Shown here: one piece after another, positions 34,020-48,039 of the stretch
Position numbering within the stretch: the first letter of the stretch is position 1
How the letters are laid out: each line of letters opens with the position of its first letter
NCBI RefSeq assembly: GCF_006345805.1
Contig: NC_043004.1
Location: 63,240,001 to 63,304,000, forward strand
From: Octopus sinensis
Lineage: Eukaryota
DNA length: 64,000 nt
Direction of reading: 5' to 3'
Made by a program: the position numbers and the translations under genes
The notes under the pieces: model-generated
What the model was told of the DNA's origin: nothing
Seen by the model: only the letters and a program-made list of their open reading frames with translations
Databases searched by the model: none

Positions 34020-35030
34020 TTATTGTGTCATGTTGCTATTTCTTGCTGCCTGCACGAGCGGTTCGTTGTACAACCTTTTGTTTATAACATTTCTGAAGAC
34101 CGCCAACTTATTTTGTTTTTATTTTGCTGTATATGTTGTGTTAGATTAGCAGGAATGTTATGCGTGGCTGTGTTTGTGATATCTGAATTTTATGTGTGGT
34201 TGTGCTTGTGATATCTGAATGGTGTTGTATGTGTGCCATTAATTCCATATTGCTTGTGTTTATTGCTGTGTAGTTGCTGGTTCGAGTTATGTGTGAGAAC
34301 TGGGTTGTTTTGACTGGTACTGATGCTGTTGTTTTGGTTGCTGTTTTGTGTGTGGAAAGCATAGATGTCAGTGAATTGATTATTTTCTTTGCTGCTGTTG
34401 CTTTCGCTGTTGTTTTTGTTGTTGTTGTTGGTGTTGCCCCTTGCCGATGCTGCTGTAATTTGTGTTACTGTTACTGTTACTGTTGCGTTTTTTGCTCCAG
34501 TGGCCATCTGTCTCTGCTGGTACTGTTCTTGTCGCATTTGTTGCAGCTGCTGATGTTGTTGTTGTTGTTGTACGGTTCTTGTTGCTTTTATTCCTGCTGC
34601 AGTTGTATCTGTTGTTGTATTCGTGGTGTCTGCAGCTGTGCAGCTACCGGTTGGATACCCCGCTTGTGCCGGTGCGGAACTGGTCTAAAAGTAGCGGATC
34701 ATTCAGATATTTTGATTGTCTAAGGCAGAAAGCCTTTAAATGCTTTGTTTGGCAACAAACGTGACAGCTGGACTTTTCTACCGCTAGCTGTAGGGATCTT
34801 GATGAAATCTGGAATCTCTCGTGCGGTTGCAAAATCCGCATGCAATAAGATTTCCATCCCTCTACCACACCAATTTTCTCTTTTGCGCCTCCGTGTTTGA
34901 AAACTTTTACATCTCCCCTCTATGCCATACACCGTGACTGCTCTCAGTAAGGATATGTTTACTTCTGGTAGCACCTTCTGAGCCTTCGCAATTTACTCAT
35001 ACGCATCACATTCAGAGCTTTGTTGCTAAT
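34020..35030 (-). mobile_element. Gag-like ORF1 remnant of an L1/Tx1 element
   Basis: Exact CX2CX4HX4C knuckle (CHVCCQTKHLKAFC) in ORF 34644..34868, followed by a Q/T/N-rich tail. Confidence 0.7.
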
Positions 35031-36155
35031 TTAGTTCTCAACAAAATTGAAAACTCTAAAATTTATTGGAAAGGACAGATTCCTAGCTACATTTCGGCAT
35101 AAAAACTGAGATTGTGTCTAGTATAAAAAAAAGATTACTTCAAAAGTTGTAGCAACATTTTTGACCTGATCTTATGTGGCTCTTTCAATCTTGCTCAATT
35201 CCAATGATATACATCTTTATATTATTGTTCTCTGTCGTGTCTCTGCTTGCGCATCTGCTGGTGTTTTCGGGTTGACAGTCGTGCGAGTTCTAGTTAGTTT
35301 TCTTCATTTCCTTGCAAAGTACCCTGCGCGCGTAAGTGAAAGTGAGATAATGTAATCCCTCGTCTTTCTCTGATTGTCTGTGTGTTTGCAGAATTATTGG
35401 AAAACGGATGAACTGGTTTTCACTAATGTTGGCAGCAATACTTAATCGGTAAGTGGCTCAAAATGATGAAAATATGGTTTGATTATCTTAAAAACTGGCG
35501 GACGTGTGAATCAAAATGTTGTCATAGTGCAGATATTTTGCGAAATAATTTATGTGTACGCAGCTATGCATCGTTTTGTTCTCAGTACTAGAATCTATTA
35601 CTAGCGCATAAAAAACATAATTTATATGTATTAAATACAATGATTACTACCCTGGTGACGGAGGCTCGATTCCTTTACGGCATGCATATTGTGTGCGTTA
35701 CATCTACCAACATTATGACTGACCTCAGAGCACATCGAAATAGCTATTGGATTTATAACATTGAACGTCCTCCCCTTTAATTTTCTCATTTGCACTCATT
35801 GTAATTATGATCCATATCCATTTAATTATACCTCAATATGCATCGTCGGAAAGCCTTCGCATTTAGCTTTCTTTAAATGTGCATGCATACATATATGCAT
35901 ATTCTGAGGTTTAACACCAATGCTATTATAATTATCATATGTAATTTGTTTATCCGTATAATTGTTTCCATATCCGCTCAAATTGATCCCTCTTCTAGCC
36001 ATTCTTTACACAGCGCAATTGATCACCCATAAAGACATCGGAGTATAAGTTTGCAGGATTTGAACCCTATCAAATTCTTTCTATACTGAGAATCTCTGGA
36101 TTTCATATCTTGAATATATATGTATCTATAAGCATATATATTTAGATATACATTC

Positions 36156-36199
<44 letters not shown>

Positions 36200-37436
36200 C
36201 AATAATGTAACAGAGGGGATCAAGAGGGTGGTATTCAGCAACTTATAGACATTATATTATGTCTATCTATTCTTAGAAAACAAAACAATTATAACAATAT
36301 GCAAAGCATAATGTTATACGTGTATGTATATTGTTATAATTGTTTGTTTTTTAAATAAATAAATAGACATAAAATAATGTCTAAAATTTGATGAATACCA
36401 CCACTAAATCCCCTCCATTTACTTATTGTCGTAAGAATTAAGAGTAAAACAATTTTTACCCTCACCCATGTATTACATTCATAAGTGTAATTGCGATGCA
36501 ATGAAAAAACACTTGTGTATTAATAATTGAGTATGCCAACAGTATATTGGATAGATATTATCCCTTAGTTGGTTGGATTCACAACCTCTAACTCTCTTGG
36601 ACTTATATATATATATATATATTAGTATTAGTATAGATATTATAGTATATATATATGTGTGTATGTGTGTGTGTATACATATATACATACATAAATGCAA
36701 ACACACGCACGCACGGAAACATACGCATACACACACATATACATGGAAACAAGCATGCAGGCGCAATAGAAGCAATTATATGTGCACAGCACATTCAAAT
36801 ATTTTTCGTTTGTTAAATACTCGATATGACTTTACAAGTTGGGAGTGTCGCACATAAGAAAATAGTAGGTCATATGATATTCATAAATGACTTGTTTATA
36901 AAAAATAACTTTCTCAGTATTTTTCTGACTTAACTTCCTGAACGAATTCCACTCACTTTACCCTCTGTATTTTTTATTTATTTCTCCTGAGTGGTCAAGA
37001 AAACACGCAAAAGCTTTTATTCAATTCTGTAAACGACCTTCTTCATGCTATCTTCTCATTCAGACCTCTGTCTGGTACAAATCGAATTTTTTTTTCAAGA
37101 TGGGGAAAATGAAATCTGAAGTAATTAAAATGAAATGGCGGATGTCGAGCGTGGAACTGAATCATAGTTTCCTCTCTATACCCATTACAAATTTTCTGTC
37201 ACAATTTCAATTTATTTCGATTCGAAAATGTCAACAGTCTCTTCCATTCGAAGAACGTTCACTTCAGTAACCATAAATATCTTTCGCTTTTTGGAATTGA
37301 AAACTCTTTGCATATTGTGTATTTGACGAACAAACTATTATAATTATCATATTTAATTTTCTTTTATGCGAATAATTGCCTCCATATCTTCTCAAATTAT
37401 TCCCACTTCACCCATTATTTACACAGCGGAAGCGGC

Positions 37437-37549
<113 letters not shown>

Positions 37550-37937
37550 TGTATGTATGTATGCATAAGGGGTAAACGTTTTTATTTCTCTTTCTATTTC
37601 AGAATTACAACTATTTAGCGGTATGAGTTTTGGCTGCTCTTTCTAGTGCGTCGAATGTCCTAAATGTCCATTCCTCATATTGTTGAATGTATATTATATA
37701 GTCTTTGACTATTTGTTCTTCCTCACTAGACCGCTGGTAGCGGAAAATTTTTTCTAGAATTTTTTACTACCCTTATATTTATTAATTAATGATTTTTTTA
37801 CTAATTTTGAAATTAATTCAGCAGTTTATATTTGCTGCTGAGTAGACCGCGCGATTGCGGTAAGATTTGAAAATTTAGGGCATATGTGACTGGAGGCTTC
37901 TTTACCATAGCCTCGTGGACATATACTCGTCCTAGGC

Positions 37938-38033
37938 TCTCTGCTGACGAGGCACGCCAGATGTAAATGAATTTAATTTAATTTAATTAATTCATTTGCC
38001 AAAGTTTTGCCGAAACTATGCATAGTCCAGAGA
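37938..38033 (+). ncRNA. Type I hammerhead ribozyme (PLE-associated, palindromic stem III)
   Basis: TCTCTG-CTGACGA-GGCA..TGCC-GAAA-CTATGCATAG-TC-CAGAGA: all core nucleotides present and three stems pair; predicted cleavage after C38027. Confidence 0.88.
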
Positions 38034-38316
38034 TGAAAAGGGTAAACGTTTTTATTTCTCTTTCTACTTCAGAATTACAACTATTTAGCGGTATGAGTTT
38101 TGGCTGCTCTTTCTAGTGAGTCGAATGCCCTATATGGCCATTCCTCATATTGTAGAATATATCGATATATATATATATGTATGTATGCATATTTATGTAT
38201 ATATATATACATATATATTAGTATATATATATATATGTGTATGTATATATATATACACAAATATATATATACTAATATATACATATATATTTAGTGAAGG
38301 GAAGAAATGGAGCTGA

Positions 38317-39333
38317 ACGAAGATTCTACAAATAAGATCTAATCTACCTCTGCAGTTTCGCCAAGCCATTGCCAGTAATTTTCCCAGAAATTCCAGATAT
38401 TACGCAACTGTTAACTCACACAAAGTTAGGATAGCCTTCTCCAACACTAAGAATCTCTCACAGATAATTTCCTCCCATAACAATAAGCTGCTAAATAAGA
38501 CCCTCTCACCCTCGTTCGGAGACGCAGCTCCGTCTAATGCCAGAATAACGCGCAGTAATAATATTAATAATAATGATAATAGAACCGGTATAGAGATTAG
38601 TAATCTCCATACCAGCCATGGAGTTAATAATAGGAATAAGGATAGGAGCAATGGTGACGACACTAGCGTTAGTAATGGTAATAGGGATGAGAGCACTGTC
38701 CGAGTCATTAATGTAGAGAGTCCCAATAACACTTTTAGCAACGGTTTTGACAACAGTAGCATCACGGACATTAGCAATCACAGCGATCTCAGTGGCAGGG
38801 AATATATAGGTGATATTCCATTAAATAGTATTGATAATGGGGTGTATAATGTCGAAGACAGCCGCAGTTCTCACAATCATAATAGTAATAAGAACGCCGT
38901 GTTAATATCGGAAGCCAATCCTAATAGAATAAGGTTCTTATCTAGTAATTCCAAGATTAGAAATGCCATTTACCAATGCAGAGTTTATACTGAATCAGAT
39001 GTCTACTTGTATATCGGAGCGTCATCATCAAAATTGGCCGTGAGAATATCGAACCACTTCACAACATTTCGCGATTCTAGAAAACAACACGCGACCGGAC
39101 TAAGTAAATTGATCTGGCGTTTGAAGAACGCGAATTCAGCATTTAGACTGGAATGGTCGATTTTATCGGTGTCTGTACCGTTTGATAGAGGCAAAAGAAT
39201 CTGTAATCTCTGCAACTCTGAACTTTTTCACATTTTGTTCGCCCTAGGGCAGCTAGTTAGGCGATTTTGCAAAACTCTTTCAGATGTTCCCACTGGAGGC
39301 GGAACACATTTCTTGCATACAATTGAAGCCTAA
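38317..39333 (+). mobile_element. Penelope-like element C-terminus with GIY-YIG endonuclease (stop-free frame)
   Basis: SNFP...VRIAFSNTKNLSQIISSHNNKLL; NAIYQC...YLYIGAS...RISNHFTTFR...LSKLIWRLK...WSIL...CNLCNSE. Confidence 0.85.
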
Positions 39334-40028
39334 GATAATTAACACCTTGATGTCCTAAGAAAAGAAAAAAAATTTGGAAAACATTTCGAAAAAAATTTTG
39401 AATTAAATTTGTAAAGGGAAATTACTCACCTTTTAGCGTATGATCTGCTACTTATTTAGAAACAATATCAGGGATTATACTCCCCTTGTTTGACAAGTCA
39501 TCTGTGTATAAACTGACCACAGACGAACACACAGACACAGGCTTTTATCAGCTGCTTGACCTACAATATCTGCAATATATTTTCCCTCTAGCTGCGTCCT
39601 AACATACTGCCACACATACACAGGCGCACACACACATACATATAAGTAGTTTCTCACACCCAAATAAGATAGCTTTCATTCTTAAAACAATTCGAACATT
39701 AACATTAGTTATACAGAATATATTCACACTCTTTGGTTTTCTGGAATTCTTCCCCTACCAAATTTGACCGCAGTTTGACCTCGATTTATTCCAACGGACT
39801 TTTTCGTCGGCCTTCACCCACCCTGACGTCAACGCACACTGAGAGACAGTTTTGTGCCTTACCATGGGCTCACTAAATATATAAAACTTCAATTATCCGC
39901 GCTAAGGCACGGTTGCGACACCCCATGGTCGTAACCTCAACCGTGTTTTTTCTGTTGTGATTTTTGCTACCCAGGTATCGGTTAAATTTTGAATAATCCG
40001 TAACAAGATAATTCATTTATCCATTTCA

Positions 40029-40062
<34 letters not shown>

Positions 40063-40319
40063 CTCGATATATATATATTTATATGCAGCGTCATTGTGTA
40101 AATAATGGCTAAAAGTGGGGTGAAATAGAGCAGATATGGAGGCAATTATTCCGAGGCTATTATTCGCATAAACAAATTAAATATGATAATTATAATAGTT
40201 TCGTTGTCAAATACAAAATATGCAAGGCGATTTCAATTCCGAGAAGCGAAAGATATTTATGGTTATATATATATATATACATAAATGCAGAGAAACACGA
40301 AACGCGCATACAGACACAC

Positions 40320-40361
<42 letters not shown>

Positions 40362-40829
40362 CCAAACACATACGCATGCACAATAGAATAAAATATATTT
40401 GCATAGCACATAATCGTGAATAAAATATTTAAATATTTTTTGTTTGTTAAGTGTTCGATATCATTTAACAATCGAAATTGTTAAATTCTCGATATCACTT
40501 TAAAAGTTGGGAGTGCCGATTATAAGAAAATAATATGTCATATGAGTTTCATAAATGACTTGTTTATTAAAGAGCAATTTTTATAAGAATACTAGTATTA
40601 TAATGCTAGTGCATGTATAAATGTGTATATATATGTGTACATATAACATGTACATCTATATATATATATACATCTACACATAAAATACAAAATACAAAGC
40701 TATATCTTGATATCGCTAGTGATAAACAATACTCTCAAAATATATAGAGACTGGAATTGTAGGCCAATCTCTTGCAATTTTGATAGAAGTGTGGCTACAA
40801 TCCAGCCCACCCTTACTTCTGGGGGACAT

Positions 40830-41200
40830 TTCAAATTTTATCCGGGACGTCCTACGTCCCAGATATAAAGGTGAAAATAAAATATTTCCACGTTGCTTCT
40901 CTTGTGGCGAATTTACCGCATCTGGTTAGATACTCGATATCTTTCATAGTCGCACCAAAACACTTTTCGATGGTGCTTTCCTCCAGGTGTTCAAATCTTC
41001 TATTTTCTCTATATTGTATACTTTATAGACAATAGACTTTTCTTTAATTTAATTATTTCGTTTGTTGGTGTTATCCTAGATTCACCATCTTTGTCGGTGA
41101 TCAATCCGAAATAGGTTTGTATTTCTTCCATTTTGATTTTAATGAGTTCGCGCCCGCCGACGACTACAGCGAAATTCATTTTTGGACTTTCTTCTATCGA
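40830..41200 (-). mobile_element. Tx1-like ORF1 N-terminal remnant (duplicated at 45630-46020)
   Basis: EKCFGATMKDIEYLTRCGKFAT and PLYLGRRTS match ORF1 motifs at 4680-5600. Confidence 0.6.
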
Positions 41201-41503
41201 AGGCATTTTACACAAAATCATATACAGAAATGAAATGCATCGAAATTACCATCGTACAAGTGTACATACACGTTACAGTATTTCTGTCAGTCCCGTCTCT
41301 CCCTCTTGTCCCTCTCTCTTTGACTCTCTCGCTATATATATATACATACATGCAGAAACCACACGCATATATATGTATAATATACATACATATACATACG
41401 TACATAATATATATATACCTGATAGGCTAGTCGGTCACGTGATCACGTGATATCTATCTATCTATATATATATATCTATATATATATATAATATATATAT
41501 ATC

Positions 41504-41793
41504 GATATCACGTGATCACTTCGACCGACCAGACTATCAGTTGCTACTACACATTGCTGGTCACAATGCGCTTCGCATTGTTTTAGCCTTCAAATGACGC
41601 CACCCCAATTGCTAAGCGAGCAGGCCAACAGAAGAAAGAGTGAGAGAAATTTGCGGCTAAAGTGTACAGCAGGGATCGCCACCACCCCCTGCCGGAGACG
41701 CGTGGAGCTTTAGGGTTTTTCGCTCAATAAACACTCACAACGCCCGTCTCTGGGAATCGAAACTGCCCTAACCACAGGGGCATTGCGCCTCCA
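41504..41793 (-). mobile_element. tRNA-derived SINE (copy with a short deletion in the head)
   Basis: Reverse complement GGAGGCGCAATGCCCCTGTGGTTAGGGCAG...TTTCGATTCCC; fuller copy at 49322-49635. Confidence 0.8.
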
Positions 41794-41808
41794 TATATAT
41801 ATATAAAT

Positions 41809-41932
<124 letters not shown>

Positions 41933-41979
41933 CTATATATATATATGTGTATTACATATATACATACATACATATATAC

Positions 41980-43100
41980 ATGTTCTCTGTGAAAACGCAG
42001 TTTTGTACGGTCAAAAGTGTTTTGAAGGATTCGAAGAACAACTGCCGACGAAAAGAATTAGTGATTAACAATGTTGTTTTGAAATGATTAGGCTGTTGCA
42101 CTAAAACAAAAGCGAGGATGGCGGCGAAAGAAAAGGTAACACATGATTTTAGGCCCAATCGGAGCATGCCGTTTGCGGAGTTAGATCACGTGAATAAAAT
42201 CTGGAAAGACTAGAAAGTCTAGAAAGAATTGAAAAAGTTGACCATTCGGACTGGGAAGCAAAATAAAGAAAAAAACAATAATTAAGTGTTTGCGCAGACT
42301 TTTCGATTGAATTAAATGACTGTTTAGTCGAACACAATTACCCATTACCTATCGCAGAAGTGTTCCCAAGTTTCAAGGAAATGTTCACAACTTTTCTAGA
42401 TGTAAGCAGAAGAAAAATGTGAATTTTGGATGAGAAAAGACATCAAATATCTGAATCAAGTAATTGGCGAATGAATGCAAAAAAAAAACGTACTGAAGAA
42501 AGACACAGAAACTTATTAAAAATGAGATTCATAGAAAATGAAGCAGATAGATTGGAAGAACTAATGAAATGGCGTTATGACACACTTAAGGTACCAGCAC
42601 AGTTACAAGCCGTTGAACCAAAGTGTACAAATGGAGCAAAAAGGAAGAACACAGAGTTCTTACAATTCAACCCCAAAACGACAAAATATTAAGTTAGAAA
42701 ACAGGCTATAAGAGGAGGTGTGCTGAATAAAGTAAAATTAAATTGCTTGTTTTGCAAAGAAAAGAATAGCTAATATGGAGATGTTATAGTGGAATGGTAC
42801 ATTAACTCCCTCGTGGCAAAGTGGTATGAAATGGCCACTATAAATCAAAGTCAGTAGAGGTCGAGGTCAGGTCGTAGATGGTAGTAGTAGAGTCATTGTA
42901 CGAATTTCTTAGTGGAGTCAGTGTCAGTTACGTGATATATAGTAGTTCGTGTCACCGTCAAGATAGACACTTCAAACCACTGTCTTGCGGTGTTATCAGC
43001 TATAGTAGGATAGACTAGTCAAAGATAATCGGACGTGGAATACTGCCACAAGATAACCATGCCGACAATAACATACAAGTGGACGAGGATTCGTATAACA
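41980..43100 (+). mobile_element. Heavily deleted Ty3/gypsy pol remnant plus 3' LTR (LTR 42782-43100)
   Basis: LGCCTKTKA, FRPxxSMPFAELDHVNK, VCADFSIELNDCLVEHNYPLP, KCEFW; LTR termini TGTTATA...TATAACA preceded by a purine tract. Confidence 0.85.
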
Positions 43101-43702
43101 ACAGATAGACAGACAGATAGAAAGGTTTCTTTTCAATTCGATGTGGTCAATTCAATCTAATTTCATTACAAGGTATTTAATTCTCTTCTTTCTTTTCCTT
43201 TTCATTGTATACGCATCAACATATTTATAAATAAACACATTTTCTCACAAAGGCTGGTGATCCTTCAAGATGACAATTTTAGGAACTAGAATGAGAAATA
43301 TAAGAAAAGTGGTGGGGGTACTATCGAAACTGAAAATTCTAAAAAAGAGTTCAAATTCCAAAATCCTATGAAAATGTGTAGAAAACAAAACAATTATAAC
43401 AATATACAAGCAAATATGTTATACATGTATGTATATTGTTATAAATTGTTTGTTTTTTAAATAAATAATAGACATAAAATAATGTCTAAAATTTGATGAA
43501 TACCACCACTAAATCCTCTCCATTTACTATTGTCGTAAGAATTAAGAGTAAAACAATTTTACCCTCCACCCATGTATTACATTCATAAGTGTAATTGCGA
43601 TGCAATGAAAAACACTTGTGTATTAATAATTGGGTATACCAGCAGTATATTGGATATATATTATCCCTTAGTTGGTTGGATTCACAACCTTTAACTCTCT
43701 TG

Positions 43703-43733
<31 letters not shown>

Positions 43734-43790
43734 GATATATATTATATATAATATATATATATTAGTATTAGTATCATATTATAGTATATA

Positions 43791-43842
<52 letters not shown>

Positions 43843-44523
43843 GTGTATACATATATACATACATAAATGCAAAGACATGCACGCACGGAAACATACGCAT
43901 ACACACACATATACATGGAAACAAGCATGCAGGCACAATAGAAGCAATTATATGTGCACAGCACATTCAAATATTTTTCGTTTGTTAAATACTCGATATG
44001 ACTTTACAAATTAGGAGTGTCGCACATAAGAAAATAGTAGGTCATATGATATTCATAAATGACTTGTTTATAAAAAAGTATTTATCTGACTTAACTTCCT
44101 AAACGAATTCCACTCACTTAACTCTGTATTTTTTATTTATTTCTCCTGAGTGGTCAAGAAAACACCCAAAAGCTTTTATTCAATTCTGTAAACGACCTTC
44201 TTCATGCTATCTTCTCATTCAGACCTCTGTGTGGTACAAATCGAATATTTTTTTCAAGATGGGGAAGATGAAATCTGAAGTAATTAAAATGAAATGGCGG
44301 ATGTCGAGCGTGGAACTGAATCATATTTTCCTCTCTATACCTATTACACATTTTCTGTCACAATTTCAATTTATTTCGATTCGAAAATGTCAACACTCTC
44401 TTCCATTTGAAGAATGTTCACTTCAGTAACCATAAATATCTTTCGCTTCTTGGAATTGAAAACTCTTTGCATATTTTGTATTTGATGACCAAACTATTAT
44501 AATAATCATATTTAATTTTCGTA

Positions 44524-44578
<55 letters not shown>

Positions 44579-44656
44579 ATATTAATGTATATATATATAT
44601 ATATATATATATATCTCGATGTATCTATCTATATATATATATATATGTATGTATGC

Positions 44657-44702
<46 letters not shown>

Positions 44703-44737
44703 TATATATATATACATATATATTAGTATATATTGTG

Positions 44738-44782
<45 letters not shown>

Positions 44783-45038
44783 GCAACACCCGCTGTGTAA
44801 ATAGTGGCTAAAAGGGGGTGAAATAGAGCAGATATGGAGGCAATTATTCCGAGGCTATTATTCGCATAAAAAATTAAATATGATAATTATAATTGTTTGG
44901 TTGTCAAATACAAAATATGCAAGGCGATTTCAATTCCGAGAAGCGAAAGATATTTATGGTTATATAAATATATATATTTATATATATATATATACATACA
45001 TAAATGCAGAGAAACAAGAAACGCGCTTACACACACAC

Positions 45039-45123
<85 letters not shown>

Positions 45124-46799
45124 AATAAATCCAAACACATACGCATGCACAATAGAAGAAAATATATTTGCATAGCACATAATCGTGAATAAAGTATTCA
45201 AATATTTTTGATTGTTAAATTTTCGATATCATTTACCAAGGGAAATTGTTAAATACTCGATATCACTTTACAAGTTGGGAGTGCCGCTTATAAGAAAATG
45301 ATAGGTCATATTAGTTTCATAAATGATTTGTTTATAAAAAAGCAATTTTTATAAGAATACTAGTATTATAATGCTAGTGCATGTATAAATGTGTATATAT
45401 ATGTGTACATATTACATGTACATCTATATATATATACATCTACACATAACATAGAAAATACAAAGCTATATCTTGATATCGCTAGTGATAACAATACTCA
45501 AAATATATAACAGACTGGAATTGTAGGCCAATCTCTTGCAATTTTGATCAATTGTATCTTGTCGTCCCTCTTGTATAGAAGTGTGGGCACAATCCAGCCT
45601 ACCTCTACTTCTGGGGGACATTTTAAATTTTTATCCGGGACGTCCTACGTCCCAGATATAAAGGTAAAAATAAAATATTTCCAACGTTGACTCGAACGTT
45701 GCTTCTATTGTGGCGAATTTACCGCCTCTGGTTAGATACTCGATATCTTTCATAGTCGCACCAAGACACTTTTTGATGGTGCATTCCTCCAGGTGTTCAA
45801 ATCTTTTTTCTCTACATTGTATACTTTATAGACAATAGTCTTTTCTTTAATTTAATTTTTTATTTCGTTCGGTGGTGTTATCCTAGATTCACCGTATTTG
45901 TCGGTGATCAATACGAAATAGGTTTGTATTTATTCCATTTTGATTTTAATGAGTTCGCGCCCGCCGACGACTGCAGCGAAATTTATTTTTGGACTTTCTT
46001 CTATCGAAGGCATTTTAACAAAAACGCTTTCGTATAAACGGTGAAAATGTTGTCAATTTCCACAAACAGGGACACAATTCAATTTTTAAACAATAACCAA
46101 AGCTCCCTCTCCCAAAGGGGGAGTGTTACGGTTTGCAATTATTTAACAAATGCAACACAACAACGTTTCCCTTACGAGGAACCAACAAACGTGATAACAA
46201 TAGTAAAACAGTAATAATAATAACAACAAACCTTATGGTGAATCAAAAAGCAGTACGCATTTGAAGCTATAGTCCTTTATGTATAAGACATAAACCAACA
46301 GCAGTGCTCAGTAGAAGCGACTGTCGAGGAAACAGACATTACAGCCAAACTTCATATAGATACTTAATGCTAGCTAATTAGCAGATAATCTAATGTAAAA
46401 GCTGTGGTAAAGGGTATGTGTACAGCTCCATCTGGACTATTCTATTTCTGCACACTAATTTTATTTTTAATTTATTCCCATTCATGTGAAACCAGTTATT
46501 CAAGTTCAAGTCATTGATGCAATTTTATACCAATTTGCTATTTTTTTACTTTTAATTGTTATGTTACGATTTAATTATTATATTATACTTTAGTCTAATT
46601 TTAATTATTACTTACTACATATAATTCAATTGCTACTATTATTTCTAATTTTTATTGTTAAAGTGAAAGTGAAAGTATCTGACATAAAATAGAGAAATGT
46701 CTTTGTTTCATTTTTAACACGTAATACTGAAATAGTGAAGATGTGATATTGCTATGGGCTCGCCCTAGCTAGCAAGAAGCTGAACATTTTGTTTTTGCC

Positions 46800-46935
46800 G
46801 ATGACCCTCCCCGGACGCTAAGTAAGGCATGTGTAAAATTTGAATGAAATTGGTTGTGTAGTTCTAAAGTTTTAGGGAAGCACACAGACAGACGGACACA
46901 CACACACATATTCTCAGTTTCATATATAGAGAGAT
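46800..46935 (+). mobile_element. Helitron-derived non-autonomous (Lep1/HINE-like) 3' end
   Basis: GTGTAAAATTTGAATGAAATTGGTTG...ACAGACAGACGGACACACAC...TTTCATATATAGAG layout. Confidence 0.4.
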
Positions 46936-47696
46936 ATAGAAGTAAAGTTTACTGTAGTCTCAGTATTTTTCTGACTTAACTTCCTAAAACGAATTCCACT
47001 CGCTTTATCCTCTTTATAATTACTTATTTGTCCTGATTGGTGAAGAAAACTCGCGAAAGCTTTCTTTCATTTTTGTAAACTGGTATTCCTTGTTGCTATC
47101 TTCTCAAATCACTGTTGCGATTCCTAAATTTTTGGAATGATTCTAAGATTACACCCGAACTTCAACTACAAAATGTCTCTTTAGCTACGCACCAGATGGA
47201 GAGCTTACTGTTAAATGTCTTTGTTTCTTTGAATTCCCATTACATATTATATTTTCTGCACATGTCCCCCTCACACACACCCACAAACAAAAGTTCACTT
47301 ACACACACGCGCAGAAGCACAGATTCAAATACTCACACACACACACTCACGCACTACAGTCTCACAAACACACACAGAGACACACAGGCAACAGTCTCTC
47401 TCACACACACAGACACACACACACACGCGCGCACATACACACAGACTCACGCATATGAACATACATATGTTTCTGATATAAATAGTAGGCTGTCATGTTT
47501 GATAACAAAGCATAATTATAATTCTCATTAGCTGTGACTAGGGTGTGAAAAACACCTACATTGCTGGAAATAAGGTCTAAAATGCACTAATGGTGTAGTT
47601 AAACGAACATCAATGAAAACATATACACTAATAGTGACCGTGATTTTGAAGATTTACTTTGCCAGTTCGGTTTCATATACATACATACCATACACA

Positions 47697-47768
<72 letters not shown>

Positions 47769-48039
47769 CCGTGTGTATGAATATAGTTCTATAAGGGAAC
47801 ATTTAATATAAGTCACCAGAATCATTGAGGTGAGGAAAAAATTATCAAGAAAAATTGTCTTTGTCTGTACTTTACAAGATGTAATAAAGTATCTTGAACT
47901 TTTCCAAGGGTAATAGCTTGTCCTGTACTTATCAAGGTTTATAATCTTAAGACTATTATTGGTCTTGCGCATGTGGCAGTGGAATTTCAAATATCGTAAT
48001 TCAAAGAGTGGTGATAAAAGACCTGAAAATGGAATCGTA

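Noticed and set aside
37050-37270. Conserved short ORF in the P blocks (KMKSEVIKMKW...)
   Set aside because: Conservation is explained by recent duplication; no start context or recognisable domain
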